64,000 bases of DNA. Origin: Alphaproteobacteria bacterium. GTDB taxonomy: Bacteria; Pseudomonadota; Alphaproteobacteria; Rs-D84; JAERRO01. Both the position numbers and the translations under genes were made by a program. The stretch spans positions 2,488 through 66,487 of the forward strand of contig JAERRO010000006.1 in NCBI GenBank assembly GCA_016735395.1, read 5' to 3'. Positions 1 through 10,800 of the stretch are shown here, piece after piece; position 1 is the first letter of the stretch; each line of letters begins with the position of its first letter. Under the pieces are notes generated by a model. That model searched no databases. It saw only the letters and a list, made by a program, of their open reading frames with translations, and had not been told where the DNA came from.

Positions 1-688
1 TCTTTTTAAGATAAAGTTCTGTAGCGATTCGCAAGTAAAATTTATGGTCTAAATCATTATGATGTGTGATAAAAGGTTTAGCCGTTGTTCCACCAGGTAT
101 AGGATGAAAAACTGGGGTCTCGACTTCTAGAAAGTCAATTTTGCTAAGAAAACACCGTAATTCTGTTATTATTTTACTTCTAGTCTCAAAGACGGCTTTA
201 GACCTTTTAGAGATAATCGTGTCTAAATATCGTTGTCTATAGATGACTTCTTGATTTGATAATCCGTGAAATTTGTCTGGAAGTCCTCGGAGAGTTTTAG
301 TCAACATAGTTATAGATTTAGTTCTAATAGAAAGTTCTCCTGCGTCAGTTTTACATGGGTATCCAAAAATTCCTATAAAATCCCCACGATCAATTTTTTT
401 TAATACTAGTTTATTTTCCTCGTCCAATTCTTTCCGCAGAGTAAAAATTTGCAATTTATTATTTTGATCTTGTAGTTGAATAAACATCCCATCGTTTCGT
501 AAAGCGACTACTCTTCCTGCGACAGAAATGACTTGTTCTACTTTTTCTGACGGTTTCAATTTTTCGTCAAAAAGTTCTATCACCTGATTTATAGAGTGAG
601 AAGATTTAAAATCGTAGGCATACGGTTCTATATTGTTTTCTCTCAAACTTTTAACTTTATTCAGTCGTTGTTCAAATTCTGTAATCAT
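1..688 (-). CDS. lysS: Lysyl-tRNA synthetase (class II), N-terminal part; the C-terminus runs off the window start
   Basis: Minus-strand translation from the ATG at 688 reads MITEFEQRLNKVKSLRENNIEPYAYDF...LRCFLSKIDFLEVETPVFHPIPGGTTAKPF. This is an OB anticodon-binding domain followed by class II motif 1 (FLEVETP). It is missing from the ORF track because there is no stop inside the window. Confidence 0.7.
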   Translation of the reverse strand, partial: MITEFEQRLNKVKSLRENNIEPYAYDFKSSHSINQVIELFDEKLKPSEKVEQVISVAGRVVALRNDGMFIQLQDQNNKLQIFTLRKELDEENKLVLKKIDRGDFIGIFGYPCKTDAGELSIRTKSITMLTKTLRGLPDKFHGLSNQEVIYRQRYLDTIISKRSKAVFETRSKIITELRCFLSKIDFLEVETPVFHPIPGGTTAKPFITHHNDLDHKFYLRIATELYLKK

Positions 689-837
689 AGTGAGGCCTTA
701 TTATTTTGTATTATATAATATAACTATAAAAGCGGTAAAAATCAATATATTAGGTTTCAAAAGTTTTCTTTAAAAAAATTTTTTATAATAAAAATTACTA
801 TTGATTTTTGTTAAAGATAAGTTAAACTATATATATT

Positions 838-913
838 GTCTCCATCGTCTAGTGGACTAGGACAGCGGATTTTCATTCCGTCAACACGGGTTCGAACCCC
901 GTTGGAGGCACCA
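838..913 (+). tRNA. tRNA-Glu (anticodon TTC)
   Basis: Cloverleaf read by hand. The acceptor stem GTCTCCA pairs with TGGAGGC, the T-arm is GGGTTCGAACCCC, the anticodon loop is TTTTCAT, and the 3' CCA is encoded. Confidence 0.75.
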
Positions 914-933
914 AAATAAATTTTACAAATTAT

Positions 934-1707
934 TTAATTTGACTTATCTTCTAGAACTTTTTTAACGGCTTCGTATTCTTCTGGGGTATCTATATCGGCA
1001 GGAGCATTGTCAAATATTTTCAGTTTAGAGATAACTTTGACCCATATATTTAGCCCGATTTCTAGGGCACGAAGTTGTTCTAATTTTTCACGATTTTCTA
1101 ATACACCGACAGGGGCATCTACGAATTTTTCGAGTGCGGCAATTTTATATGCATAAATACCGATATGGTGAAATAAATCTAGAGTTTTTTCATCTCTATC
1201 GTGAGGGACTTTAGCTCTAGAAAAATACAATGCTTTGGCTTCGTCGACAGTCGCGGATAAAGGGGCAACTGCTTTAACGCATCCTGGATTATTGTGATCT
1301 TCAGCTTTCATTATCATCACTGGAGTAGTAATATCGGAGTCAGTTTTTTCGAGTAATTCTACGAGGTCGGTGATAATTTCCGGTCTTGTATTGATTGCAT
1401 CGCCTTGAAAATTGACGATAATATCATACTTATTTTGATCGGGATCTATAATCTTAAATGCCTCGTAAATCCTATCCGATCCCGACGGTAGATCATTACT
1501 AGTCAGCACGACATTACCATTAAAAGTTTTAACATTATCTACAATTTCTTGATTTCCGGTTGCAACACAAACATCGTAGGTCGTATATTTTTTAACATTC
1601 TCATAGATATGTTGAATCATAGATTTATTATTAATTTCGATTAAAGGTTTATTAGGAAACCTCGTCGACTCTAATCTAACTGGAATTAAAACTATTACTT
1701 TAGACAT
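934..1707 (-). CDS. kdsB: 3-deoxy-manno-octulosonate cytidylyltransferase (CMP-KDO synthetase)
   Basis: The N-terminus VIVLIPVRLESTRFPNKPL matches the KdsB signature, and the ~250-aa length fits. Confidence 0.8.
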   Translation of the reverse strand: MSKVIVLIPVRLESTRFPNKPLIEINNKSMIQHIYENVKKYTTYDVCVATGNQEIVDNVKTFNGNVVLTSNDLPSGSDRIYEAFKIIDPDQNKYDIIVNFQGDAINTRPEIITDLVELLEKTDSDITTPVMIMKAEDHNNPGCVKAVAPLSATVDEAKALYFSRAKVPHDRDEKTLDLFHHIGIYAYKIAALEKFVDAPVGVLENREKLEQLRALEIGLNIWVKVISKLKIFDNAPADIDTPEEYEAVKKVLEDKSN

Positions 1708-1710
1708 TAT

Positions 1711-2145
1711 TTATCCTTTATTTAAAGAGTTAGCGATTAACGATTTTCGTTCTTCGATCTGTATAGAATTCATCAGGGTCATATCTTTATTCCAACAAAC
1801 GTCCGGCCAAAGCGGATCATTTTTATGTCTACAGATTATATGAAAGTGTAGTTGCGGAGTTAAATTTCCGATGGCACCTACATTGAGCCGATCGGTTTCA
1901 AAAAGTTTTTCCATTATATTAGAACAAAAGTCGACTTCCCTATAAAGAGTACTTTGATCTTCTTCACTTAATTGATTTATTTGAGCTATGTCGTTAATTC
2001 TAGGAACTAAAAATATCCACGGAAAATCATTGGTAATTTCCATTATGACAGAACAAAGCGGAAGGTCTGTGATATGTATTAAAATTTTATTTTTAAGTTT
2101 ATCTGCGATAGTTTTAACAAATTTAAAATCAGATTGTTGAGGCAT
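1711..2145 (-). CDS. HIT-family nucleotide hydrolase-like protein. The ORF track extends it to 2205, but the likely start is at MPQQSDF.
   Basis: A histidine-triad-like motif sits in ...TPQLHFHIICRH.... The size is ~145 aa. Confidence 0.45.
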   Translation of the reverse strand: MPQQSDFKFVKTIADKLKNKILIHITDLPLCSVIMEITNDFPWIFLVPRINDIAQINQLSEEDQSTLYREVDFCSNIMEKLFETDRLNVGAIGNLTPQLHFHIICRHKNDPLWPDVCWNKDMTLMNSIQIEERKSLIANSLNKG

Positions 2146-2323
2146 ATAATCTCCATCGTAGTTATATTTATAATATAATATAGAGATTGTACTGTATAAA
2201 ATCAAGCTTATATATCAAAGTAGTTTTTATAACTTTGAATGTAGATAGTTTCTACTCCAATTATAACCAAGAAGTACGACCTTTATTTTTCGTTTTGTCG
2301 AGTATATAATTGCAAATTAAAGA

Positions 2324-3649
2324 TTATTTTCCCACACAAAAACTGGAGAACAATTTGTCGATCCACTCGTCATTTCCTGTTAATCCTGTAATAGAGGCTA
2401 TCAAGTTAAGGGCTTCATTTATTACCTCTACTTTGATATCTAGGTCGACAATTTTAACGGCCTTTTTTAATAATTTTTCGCATTTTTTTACTACATCTAT
2501 ATACTCTACTTGAGTCAAAATAGGAGGATAATCACCGACAAAGTTGTCAGTTATGAACTTTTCTAGATACTTTTTGAGTTCATCTAACCCCGTATTTTTG
2601 ACTACGGACACCTCAAAAACCTTCGTTCTATTTTTGTTATTTAACGGATAATCTTCTTCCCATTTTGACAGGACAAGGATCTCGTTTTCCATTAAATCAT
2701 CTGGTATTTTTCGATTATTCTTTAAAAATTCTTCTTGAGATACTACATTCAAAACGATGTCTGCAGATGCTATCGATTCGTTGGCTTTATGTATTCCTAT
2801 TTTTTCTACTACGGAATCGGTTTCTCTAATTCCCGCAGTATCAAAAACTGAAACTTTAAAACCTGCTATTTCTATGACTGCTTCTATAATATCTCTAGTT
2901 GTCCCCGACTCGTCTGATACTATTGCCCGATTTTCGTTTATTAAAGAATTAAACAAAGTCGATTTGCCTTGATTTACTTTTCCAGTGATTACTATATTTA
3001 TACCATTTTTTATTCTAGTAATCTTTTCCATTTGATCTTGTGTTATGGTTATATCTTCAGCAGTTTTATCGATCGTCGAATCTATATTTTCTATGGCAGA
3101 ATCAAAATTTTCATTATCGTCAAAATCTAGTAGAGCTATAATTTTCGTCTTTACCTCTAAAAGTTGTTCTCTCCAGACTAAAAATTTATCTAAAGTATTT
3201 TCTGTTAAAGATCTAATGGCTAAATTATGTTGCCGTTCGGTGGTAGAATTTATCAAGTTCAAGGTTGCATCTACTTGACTGATATTTACTTTATTATTTA
3301 AAAATGCTCTTTGTATAAATTCTCCTTTCCTTGCCATTCTACAGTCGTATTTTAGAAACTCTTTAAAAAATAAGTTATAGATAATGTTATTCCCGTGGCA
3401 TTGAATTTCTATACAGTCTTCTCCTGTAAAAGATTTTGGAGCAGAAAAATAGAGTAAAACACCGTAATCTATCGTCTCATTTTCAGGGTTCGAAAAATTG
3501 GTAGTATAAACTGTTCTAGGTTTTATACTTTTTAGTTTAGAAATTTTTAGGGCAACATCGAGAGCACGGCTTCCAGACAATCTAATGATTCCGACTCCAG
3601 CAGATCCATTAGCGGATGCTAAAGCAAAAATTGTATCGTTGTTAGACAT
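2324..3649 (-). CDS. mnmE: tRNA modification GTPase MnmE/TrmE
   Basis: An N-terminal folate-binding-like domain is followed by the G-domain motifs GKVNQGKST and DTAG. The C-terminus ends in CVGK, the MnmE C(I/L/V)GK signature. Its start overlaps the rpoC stop by 1 nt. Confidence 0.85.
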   Translation of the reverse strand: MSNNDTIFALASANGSAGVGIIRLSGSRALDVALKISKLKSIKPRTVYTTNFSNPENETIDYGVLLYFSAPKSFTGEDCIEIQCHGNNIIYNLFFKEFLKYDCRMARKGEFIQRAFLNNKVNISQVDATLNLINSTTERQHNLAIRSLTENTLDKFLVWREQLLEVKTKIIALLDFDDNENFDSAIENIDSTIDKTAEDITITQDQMEKITRIKNGINIVITGKVNQGKSTLFNSLINENRAIVSDESGTTRDIIEAVIEIAGFKVSVFDTAGIRETDSVVEKIGIHKANESIASADIVLNVVSQEEFLKNNRKIPDDLMENEILVLSKWEEDYPLNNKNRTKVFEVSVVKNTGLDELKKYLEKFITDNFVGDYPPILTQVEYIDVVKKCEKLLKKAVKIVDLDIKVEVINEALNLIASITGLTGNDEWIDKLFSSFCVGK

Positions 3650-6600
3650 TATTTTGAGGCAGGAACTTCGTCATTATTTTCTACAGTTTTTTGCGGACTT
3701 TCTTCTTGACTAGTAGAAAACATCCCTTCTAGTTTTGGAGAAATATCTTTCATATCTTTCAACTCTTTTCTTAAAGTTCTAGTATAAAATCCGGTTCCAA
3801 GAGGAGGAAGTTGTCCCATCATAACATTTTCCAGGACACCTTCTAAATTATCGACATCTCCTTTTACAGCAGAATCTGATAAAACTTTGATTGTCCTTTG
3901 GAAGGAAGCCGCCGCTAAAAACGAAGTATGATTTAAAACTGCATCTTTTATTCCGAGAAGAATAGTTATAAATGTCGCGGGTCTACCGCCGGCGGTTTCT
4001 ATTTCTTCGTTTATTTTTTCTACTTGTCTACGGTCGAATCGTTCACCTGTCAGCATTTTGGTATCTCCAGGGTTTATAATTTTGACTTGTCGAACCATCT
4101 GTCGAATAATAATTTCGATATGTTTATCGTTTAAAGAAACTCCTTGAGATCTAAAAACTTCTTGTACCTGTTGAGTTAAATATTGAGTTAGAGCTTTAAT
4201 TCCCATGACTCTTAAATATTCTCCAAGATGAGGTTCACCGTTAATTATCAAATCACCTTTGTTAACGAAATCTCCAGATTGAACGAGAAAGTTGCTACCT
4301 TTTGGAAGCATATAGATGATATCGTCGCTTCCATCTGTAGGTTTAATAATCAGTTGTTGTCTAATTCTAGTAGATTCTCCGAATATTACTTCGCCTGATT
4401 TTTCTGCTATAACGGCAGGATATTTAGGATTATTCACATCAAAAAGTCTTTCTATCTGAGAAAGCCCTCCGATAATATCTCTAGTTTTCGTCATTTCAAT
4501 AGGCAATTTAAAGAGGACGGATCCGACTTTAACTGTATCTCCTTCTTCGACAACTAGTTCTGCATTGATTGGCAAAATGATTTCTACATCTTTACCGTCG
4601 TGTGTTATTGCTTCGCCTTTGTCATCGAGCAAAGTTATTCTAGGTCTCAAGTGTTTTCTGGTGTACCGTTTCCAGTCGCAGATAGAAAATCCTTGAACTC
4701 CTGTAGTCTCGTCTGTGTTAGACATCACAGAAACATTTTCTATGAGATCCTTAAATTTGACGATTCCGTTATATTGAGAAAATATGACATTAGAGTGTGC
4801 ATCCCATTCTACAATTCTATCGCCCTTTTGAACATTAGCTCCATCTTGTACCGTCAAGATAGATCCATAAGGTATCCTTTGTCGAAGTGCCTCTTGATTA
4901 TTAGAATTTAGCAAAACCATTTCCGCATTTCTAGATAGCACGATAATTTTATCGTCGTCATTTTTAATAGATTTTGCATTTAGAAATTGTACTTTGGCAT
5001 CAATAGGTGTATCGATACTATTTTTTTCCGCAGAATATTGAGCTACTCCTCCTATGTGGAAAGTTCTCATAGTCAATTGTGTTCCAGGTTCACCTATAGA
5101 TTGAGCCGCTATAATACCGACGGCTTCACCGACATTCACCAGAGTTTTTCTAGCGAGATCTATCCCGTAACATTTTGAACAGATACCTCTTTCACATTTA
5201 CAACATACGGCCGATCTAACTTTGACAGATTCTACTCCTTTACTAAAGACGATATCTGCTGTCTCCGGCAAAATAATTTCACCCCGTTCTAGAATTATTT
5301 TATTAGTAGTCGGATCTATAATATCTACGGCTAGAACTCTGTTTATGATTCTATCTTTTAAAGAGACAACTTGATTCATACCTTCATATATGGCTCTCAT
5401 TTCTAGAAAATCTTCGGTACCGCAATCTTGTTCAGTGATGATGACATCTTGAGCTGCACTCACGAGTCGTCTAGTAAGATATCCACTTCTAGCGGTTTTA
5501 GTCGCAGTATCTGCCATACCTTTTCTAGCTCCATGAGTAGACATAAAGTATTCCATAGGAGAAAGTCCCTCTTTAAGATTCGATGTAATTGGGGTTGCAA
5601 TAATTTCTCCGGACGGTTTAGACATAAGTCCTCGCATCCCTGCAAGTTGATTAAATTGTGTAGCGGAACCTCTAGCTCCTGAGTCTGACATCATAAATAT
5701 AGAGTTTATATTTTTAGAATTTTGATCTACAAATATATTTTTGAGGTCTTCTTGAATTTTCGCATTACAGTTGGACCAGGCCTCTATCATTTTATGTGAT
5801 CTTTCACTAGAAGAGACTAATCCCTGTTGATATTGGCTTTCGAATTTTTGTGTTTGTATTTTGGTATCTTCGATAAATTTTTCTTTATTTACAGATCCCT
5901 CAATATCTAGATGAGTCATAGAAGTTCCTGAAATACAGGCATATTCAAATCCTAGGTCTTTTAATTTATCACAATATTCTACTGTGGCTTCTAAACCGGC
6001 AGTGTCATAAACTGAAGATATAGATTTCTCTACGACTTTTTTATTTACGATTTTATCGATCCAAGCGATACTTTCTTTAGATTTTACTGGCATACAGTCC
6101 CAAATAAGCAGTCTACCTAGAGACATATTTACGGTAATTTTTGAGTATTTTTGATTTTTATCGATTACATCTAGTTTTATAAAGACTTTGGTATGGATAG
6201 AAATTTTATCTTGTTGATAAGCATTTTTCAGGTCGTCTAAAGAGTAAAAGGTTCTATCGGTTTTCTCTTCTTTAGGAGCTTCAAGAGAAATATAATAAAG
6301 TCCTAGCAACATATCTTGAGTTGGCACACACATCGGATTTCCCGTTGCGGTAGATAATATATTTTGAGAAGCGTGAATTAAAGTTCTACATTCTTCTTGA
6401 GCTTCGATAGAAAGCGGAACATGTATGGCCATTTGATCACCATCAAAATCTGCATTAAAACCTGAACAAACTAGAGGGTGTAAGCATATAGCTTTACCTT
6501 CTACTAGCACGATATCGAAAGCTAAAATAGAAAATTTGTGTAAAGTAGGTGCACGGTTAAGCATTACTGGATGTTGTTTAATAACTTCGGCTAATTTATC

Positions 6601-7854
6601 AAAAACCACAGACTCACGGGCTTCTATCATCCGTTGAGCATTTCTAACTGTTGTAGCTCCGTTATTTTCTCCATCGGCAAGAAGTTTTGCGATAACGAAC
6701 GGCTTAAATAATTCCAGAGCCATAAGTTTAGGGACTCCAACTTGATGAAGTTTTAAGAATGGACCAGGAACGATGACAGATCTACCTGAATAGTCTACCC
6801 GTTTTCCTAGCATGTAAGATCTCCATCTACCAGATTTTTGGCTAATAGTATCTGTTAAAGATTTCATAGGCACGGTGCCTGCAGGATTATTTTTTGATCC
6901 AGAGATAAGTTCATCGACGGCTTCTTGAAGCATTCTTTTTTCGTTATTAACGATGATACCTGGTGCTCCCATCTGTAGAAGTCTTTTAAGTCTAGTATTT
7001 CTGTTGATTATTCTTCTGTATAGATCGTTTAGATCTGACGATGCCATTCTTCCCATTTCCAGTTGCATAAGAGGACGAAGTTCCGGAGCTAATACTGGTA
7101 AAACGGTTAACACCATCCAAGCAGGTTTTACTCCCGAGTCAATAAAAGATTCGATTATACGGAGTTTTTTAATAATTTTTTGCCTAGTAATAATAGACTT
7201 TGATTTAGTTAGGAGTTCTCCTAGAGATATCTTTTCGGATTCTAGATCAATATTTTTTAGTATTTTTAATATGGCTTCTGCCCCCATACCGACATCAAAG
7301 GCATCGCTACCGTGTTCTTCGATGGCATCGTCTACTTCTTGTTGAGTCAAAAAAGAGAAAGATTCTAGAGGAGTTAGTCCTGATTCTATAACGATATATA
7401 AATCGTAGTAAAGAACTGCTTCAAGTTTTTTTGGAGCTACTCCCATAAGAGTCGCAATTTTAGCATTAGAAGATTTCATAAACCAAGGGTGTACGACGGG
7501 TGTCGCCAGTTCTATGTGTCCCATTCTTTCTCTTCGCACACTAGATTGAGTAATTTCCACACCACATTTTTCACAAATAATGCCCTTATTTTTAGGCTTT
7601 TTATATTTTCCACAGAGACATTCAAAATCACTAATAGGACCAAAAATCTTTGCACAAAACAGTCCACCTCTTTCGGGTTTAAAAGTTCTATAATTTATGG
7701 TTTTAGATTCTACAACTTCACCATAGCTTTGAGCTAGAATTTGTTCTGGAGAGGCAAGTCGTAAGACGACGGAATTCATAGCTCCGGCAGACGAGTCGAC
7801 GATCTCTGAAATTATTGTAGAGGAGTTAAAAAAGTTAGGTGTGTGTATAGACAT
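3649..7854 (-). CDS. rpoC: DNA-directed RNA polymerase subunit beta'
   Basis: 1401 aa. It carries the NADFDGD catalytic motif and a zinc-finger Cys cluster near the N-terminus, and lies immediately downstream of rpoB. Confidence 0.95.
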   Translation of the reverse strand: MSIHTPNFFNSSTIISEIVDSSAGAMNSVVLRLASPEQILAQSYGEVVESKTINYRTFKPERGGLFCAKIFGPISDFECLCGKYKKPKNKGIICEKCGVEITQSSVRRERMGHIELATPVVHPWFMKSSNAKIATLMGVAPKKLEAVLYYDLYIVIESGLTPLESFSFLTQQEVDDAIEEHGSDAFDVGMGAEAILKILKNIDLESEKISLGELLTKSKSIITRQKIIKKLRIIESFIDSGVKPAWMVLTVLPVLAPELRPLMQLEMGRMASSDLNDLYRRIINRNTRLKRLLQMGAPGIIVNNEKRMLQEAVDELISGSKNNPAGTVPMKSLTDTISQKSGRWRSYMLGKRVDYSGRSVIVPGPFLKLHQVGVPKLMALELFKPFVIAKLLADGENNGATTVRNAQRMIEARESVVFDKLAEVIKQHPVMLNRAPTLHKFSILAFDIVLVEGKAICLHPLVCSGFNADFDGDQMAIHVPLSIEAQEECRTLIHASQNILSTATGNPMCVPTQDMLLGLYYISLEAPKEEKTDRTFYSLDDLKNAYQQDKISIHTKVFIKLDVIDKNQKYSKITVNMSLGRLLIWDCMPVKSKESIAWIDKIVNKKVVEKSISSVYDTAGLEATVEYCDKLKDLGFEYACISGTSMTHLDIEGSVNKEKFIEDTKIQTQKFESQYQQGLVSSSERSHKMIEAWSNCNAKIQEDLKNIFVDQNSKNINSIFMMSDSGARGSATQFNQLAGMRGLMSKPSGEIIATPITSNLKEGLSPMEYFMSTHGARKGMADTATKTARSGYLTRRLVSAAQDVIITEQDCGTEDFLEMRAIYEGMNQVVSLKDRIINRVLAVDIIDPTTNKIILERGEIILPETADIVFSKGVESVKVRSAVCCKCERGICSKCYGIDLARKTLVNVGEAVGIIAAQSIGEPGTQLTMRTFHIGGVAQYSAEKNSIDTPIDAKVQFLNAKSIKNDDDKIIVLSRNAEMVLLNSNNQEALRQRIPYGSILTVQDGANVQKGDRIVEWDAHSNVIFSQYNGIVKFKDLIENVSVMSNTDETTGVQGFSICDWKRYTRKHLRPRITLLDDKGEAITHDGKDVEIILPINAELVVEEGDTVKVGSVLFKLPIEMTKTRDIIGGLSQIERLFDVNNPKYPAVIAEKSGEVIFGESTRIRQQLIIKPTDGSDDIIYMLPKGSNFLVQSGDFVNKGDLIINGEPHLGEYLRVMGIKALTQYLTQQVQEVFRSQGVSLNDKHIEIIIRQMVRQVKIINPGDTKMLTGERFDRRQVEKINEEIETAGGRPATFITILLGIKDAVLNHTSFLAAASFQRTIKVLSDSAVKGDVDNLEGVLENVMMGQLPPLGTGFYTRTLRKELKDMKDISPKLEGMFSTSQEESPQKTVENNDEVPASK

Positions 7855-7862
7855 AAGGTCTC

Positions 7863-10800
7863 CTATTCTGATTTTTTAAATTCGATGTTAAGTGCGAGAG
7901 CTTCTAATTCTCTAGCGATTACATTTATAATTTCCGGGCGATGAGTTTCTATATCGTGTCTTTGATTGACAATAGAATCATATGCTTTCAGTCTTCCAGT
8001 TACATCGTCAGATTTTACGGTAAGCATTTCTCGCAAAGTGTATGCCGCTCCATGAGATGCCAAAGCCCAAACTTCCATTTCACCGAACCGTTGACCACCT
8101 TCTCTAACTCTACCTCTAAGCGGTTGTTGAGTAATAATAGAGTATGGACCTACAGATCTAGCGTGGATTTTTTTATCTACAAGATGGTTAAGTTTTAGCA
8201 TATATTTATATCCGACAGTTACAGGCCTATCAAATTTTTTACCAGTAATTCCATCGTATAGATCTACTTGTCCAGATCCCTCTAGTCCTGCGAATTCTAA
8301 CAGTTCTTTAACATCTTCAAAAGATGCACCGTTAAAAATAGGAGTTTTAATATAGAGTCCATCGCGAACATTATGGGCTAGTGCTATTACTTCTTTATCT
8401 GAAAAATTATCTATATCGGAGTGAGAGAAAGAAAACTTCATGATCCCTTTGACTAGGTCCCTTAACTTTTTCACATTTTCCTTTTTAGCGACAACTTTAT
8501 CAGCTAATTCGGCTAATTTTTGTCCTAAAGCTTGTGCTGCTCTACCGATATGAGTTTCCAGAAGTTGTCCAACATTCATTCTCGAAGGAATACCAAGAGG
8601 ATTTAGAACGATGTCTACAGAAGTCCCATCTTTCATATGAGGCATATCTTCTACAGGCAAAATTTTAGAAACGATACCTTTATTTCCGTGTCTTCCTGCC
8701 ATTTTATCACCAGGTTGAATTTTAGATTTATAGGCTATATAAATTCTAACTTCTTTTAATACTCCAGGAGGTAGGTCGGCATATTCTGTAGCTTGTAAAA
8801 AAGCCAGTTCATATTTTGCGACTAATTTTTCTAATTTTTGTTTATTTTTATTTAGTAGTGCTTTCCATTTCTCTTGAGATTTATCGTCTTTCAAAGATAT
8901 AGATTTAACAGCGGGCAGAGATAATTCGTCAATTATATTTTGAGTTATTTTATCCCCTTCCAACTTCTTCGCAGATTTGTTAGATGCGGAGGCTATCGTA
9001 TTACCGATCAAAATACCTTTTGCAGATTCTATAAAAGCTTCGTTATAAATTTTTTCTTCAGCTTTTAATGCATCTGTTAATTCTTTAGTATCTTGAGTTT
9101 CTATCATTAGAGTTCTTTGATCTTTTTCCAGACCTTGTCTAGTCAAAACAGAAACACCGATTACGGTTCCTTCGCTATCTGAACATCTAAAAGATGTATC
9201 TTTATAGTTAAAAGTTTTCTCTCCAAAAATGGTATTTAAGAGTTTTTCTTCTACAGAAACCGTAGCCTCTCCCTTGGGAGTAATTTTACCGACGACGATA
9301 TCACCTTTTTTAATAGTTGTCCCGACATTTACGATACCTGCTTCATCTAAATGCCTTAAAGCATATTCTCCCATATGCGGAACTTCTCTAGTAATAATTT
9401 CTTCACCAAGTTTAGTATCGTGAAGGACGACTACTTCTTCTTTTACATGTACAGAAGTATATACATCCTCTTTGATAAGTCTTTCGGACAGTAATATTCC
9501 ATCTTCAAAATTATATCCTCTCCAGGGCATAAAGGCCACTAGAACATTTTGTCCTAGAGCGAGTTTTCCGTTTTCGGTACAAGCTCCGTCTGCTAGAACA
9601 TCGCCTTTTTTCACAGATTCACCTACACTAACGAGTGGTCTCTGATGAATTATGGTATCTCCATTTGATCTATTAAAATTATTTAACTTATAAAAATCTG
9701 CTAGAACTTCGCCTTTGATTTTAGATCTAATCACGATGGCTTTGGCATCTACAGATTCTACGATACCGTCTGTCCGAGCGATAACGACACTTCTAGAATC
9801 TACAGCAATTTTCTTCTCCATACCTGTTCCGACTAGCGGAGCTTTAGGTTTAATTAGAGGGAGAGCTTGTCGTTGCATATTAGAAGCCATCAGTGCTCTC
9901 GATGCATCATTATTTTCTAGAAAAGGAACTAGATTTGCTTCGACAGAGGCAATTTGTCCTGAAGAGACATCTATATATTCGACTTGTTCTCTTTTTACCA
10001 GTTCTATTTCTTCTTTGTGTCTAACATAGCACCATTCATTTTCTATTTTTCCATTTTTATCTAAAACGGTAGTTGCAGGAGCGACTAGTCTACCGTCTTC
10101 TGCTATAGCGGTAAGATAGACGACTTCGTCAGTTCTCTTTCCATCGACTACTTTATAATAAGGAGATTCTAAAAATCCATAATGATTTATTCTAGAATGA
10201 GATGCGAGGGCTAAAATAAGTCCGATATTTGGTCCCTCTGGAGTAGTAATAGGGCAAATTCTACCGTAATGAGTATAGTGTACATCTCTTGCATCGATAG
10301 AAACATGTTCTCTAGACATACCGCCGGGGCCCATGGCAGAAAGCCTTCTACTTTCAGCGACTTCAGATAGAGGGTTTACTTGTTCCATAAATTTAGAGAG
10401 TGAAGACATTCCGAAGAATTCATTTAAAGCAGAAGAAATAGTTCTTCCGTTAATTAGACTCATAGGAGTCATATTTATAATGTCAGAGTTATTCATTCTT
10501 TCATTGATATTACTTCTCAATCTACGAAGTGCAGATTTATATTGATTTCCGACAAGTTCACCTACAGTTATAACTCTTCTGTTAGCCAAATGATCAATTT
10601 CGTCTGGGCCTAAAGAGAGATCTCTTGCTATCATTAAACTTTTAATAGTATTCAATATATCTTGCACACAGAGAGGTCTATTTTCTATATTTTCCGGATC
10701 TTTATTTTCGTTAAATCGTTCATTCATCTTGAATCTACCGATAGCAGAAAGATCATATCCGTTAGTATCGAAGAAGGATGCCTTCAACCGTCTATCCGCC

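Noticed and set aside
273-467. 64-aa plus-strand ORF
   Set aside because: It lies antisense inside the well-supported lysS coding region. It is low-complexity with no start context.
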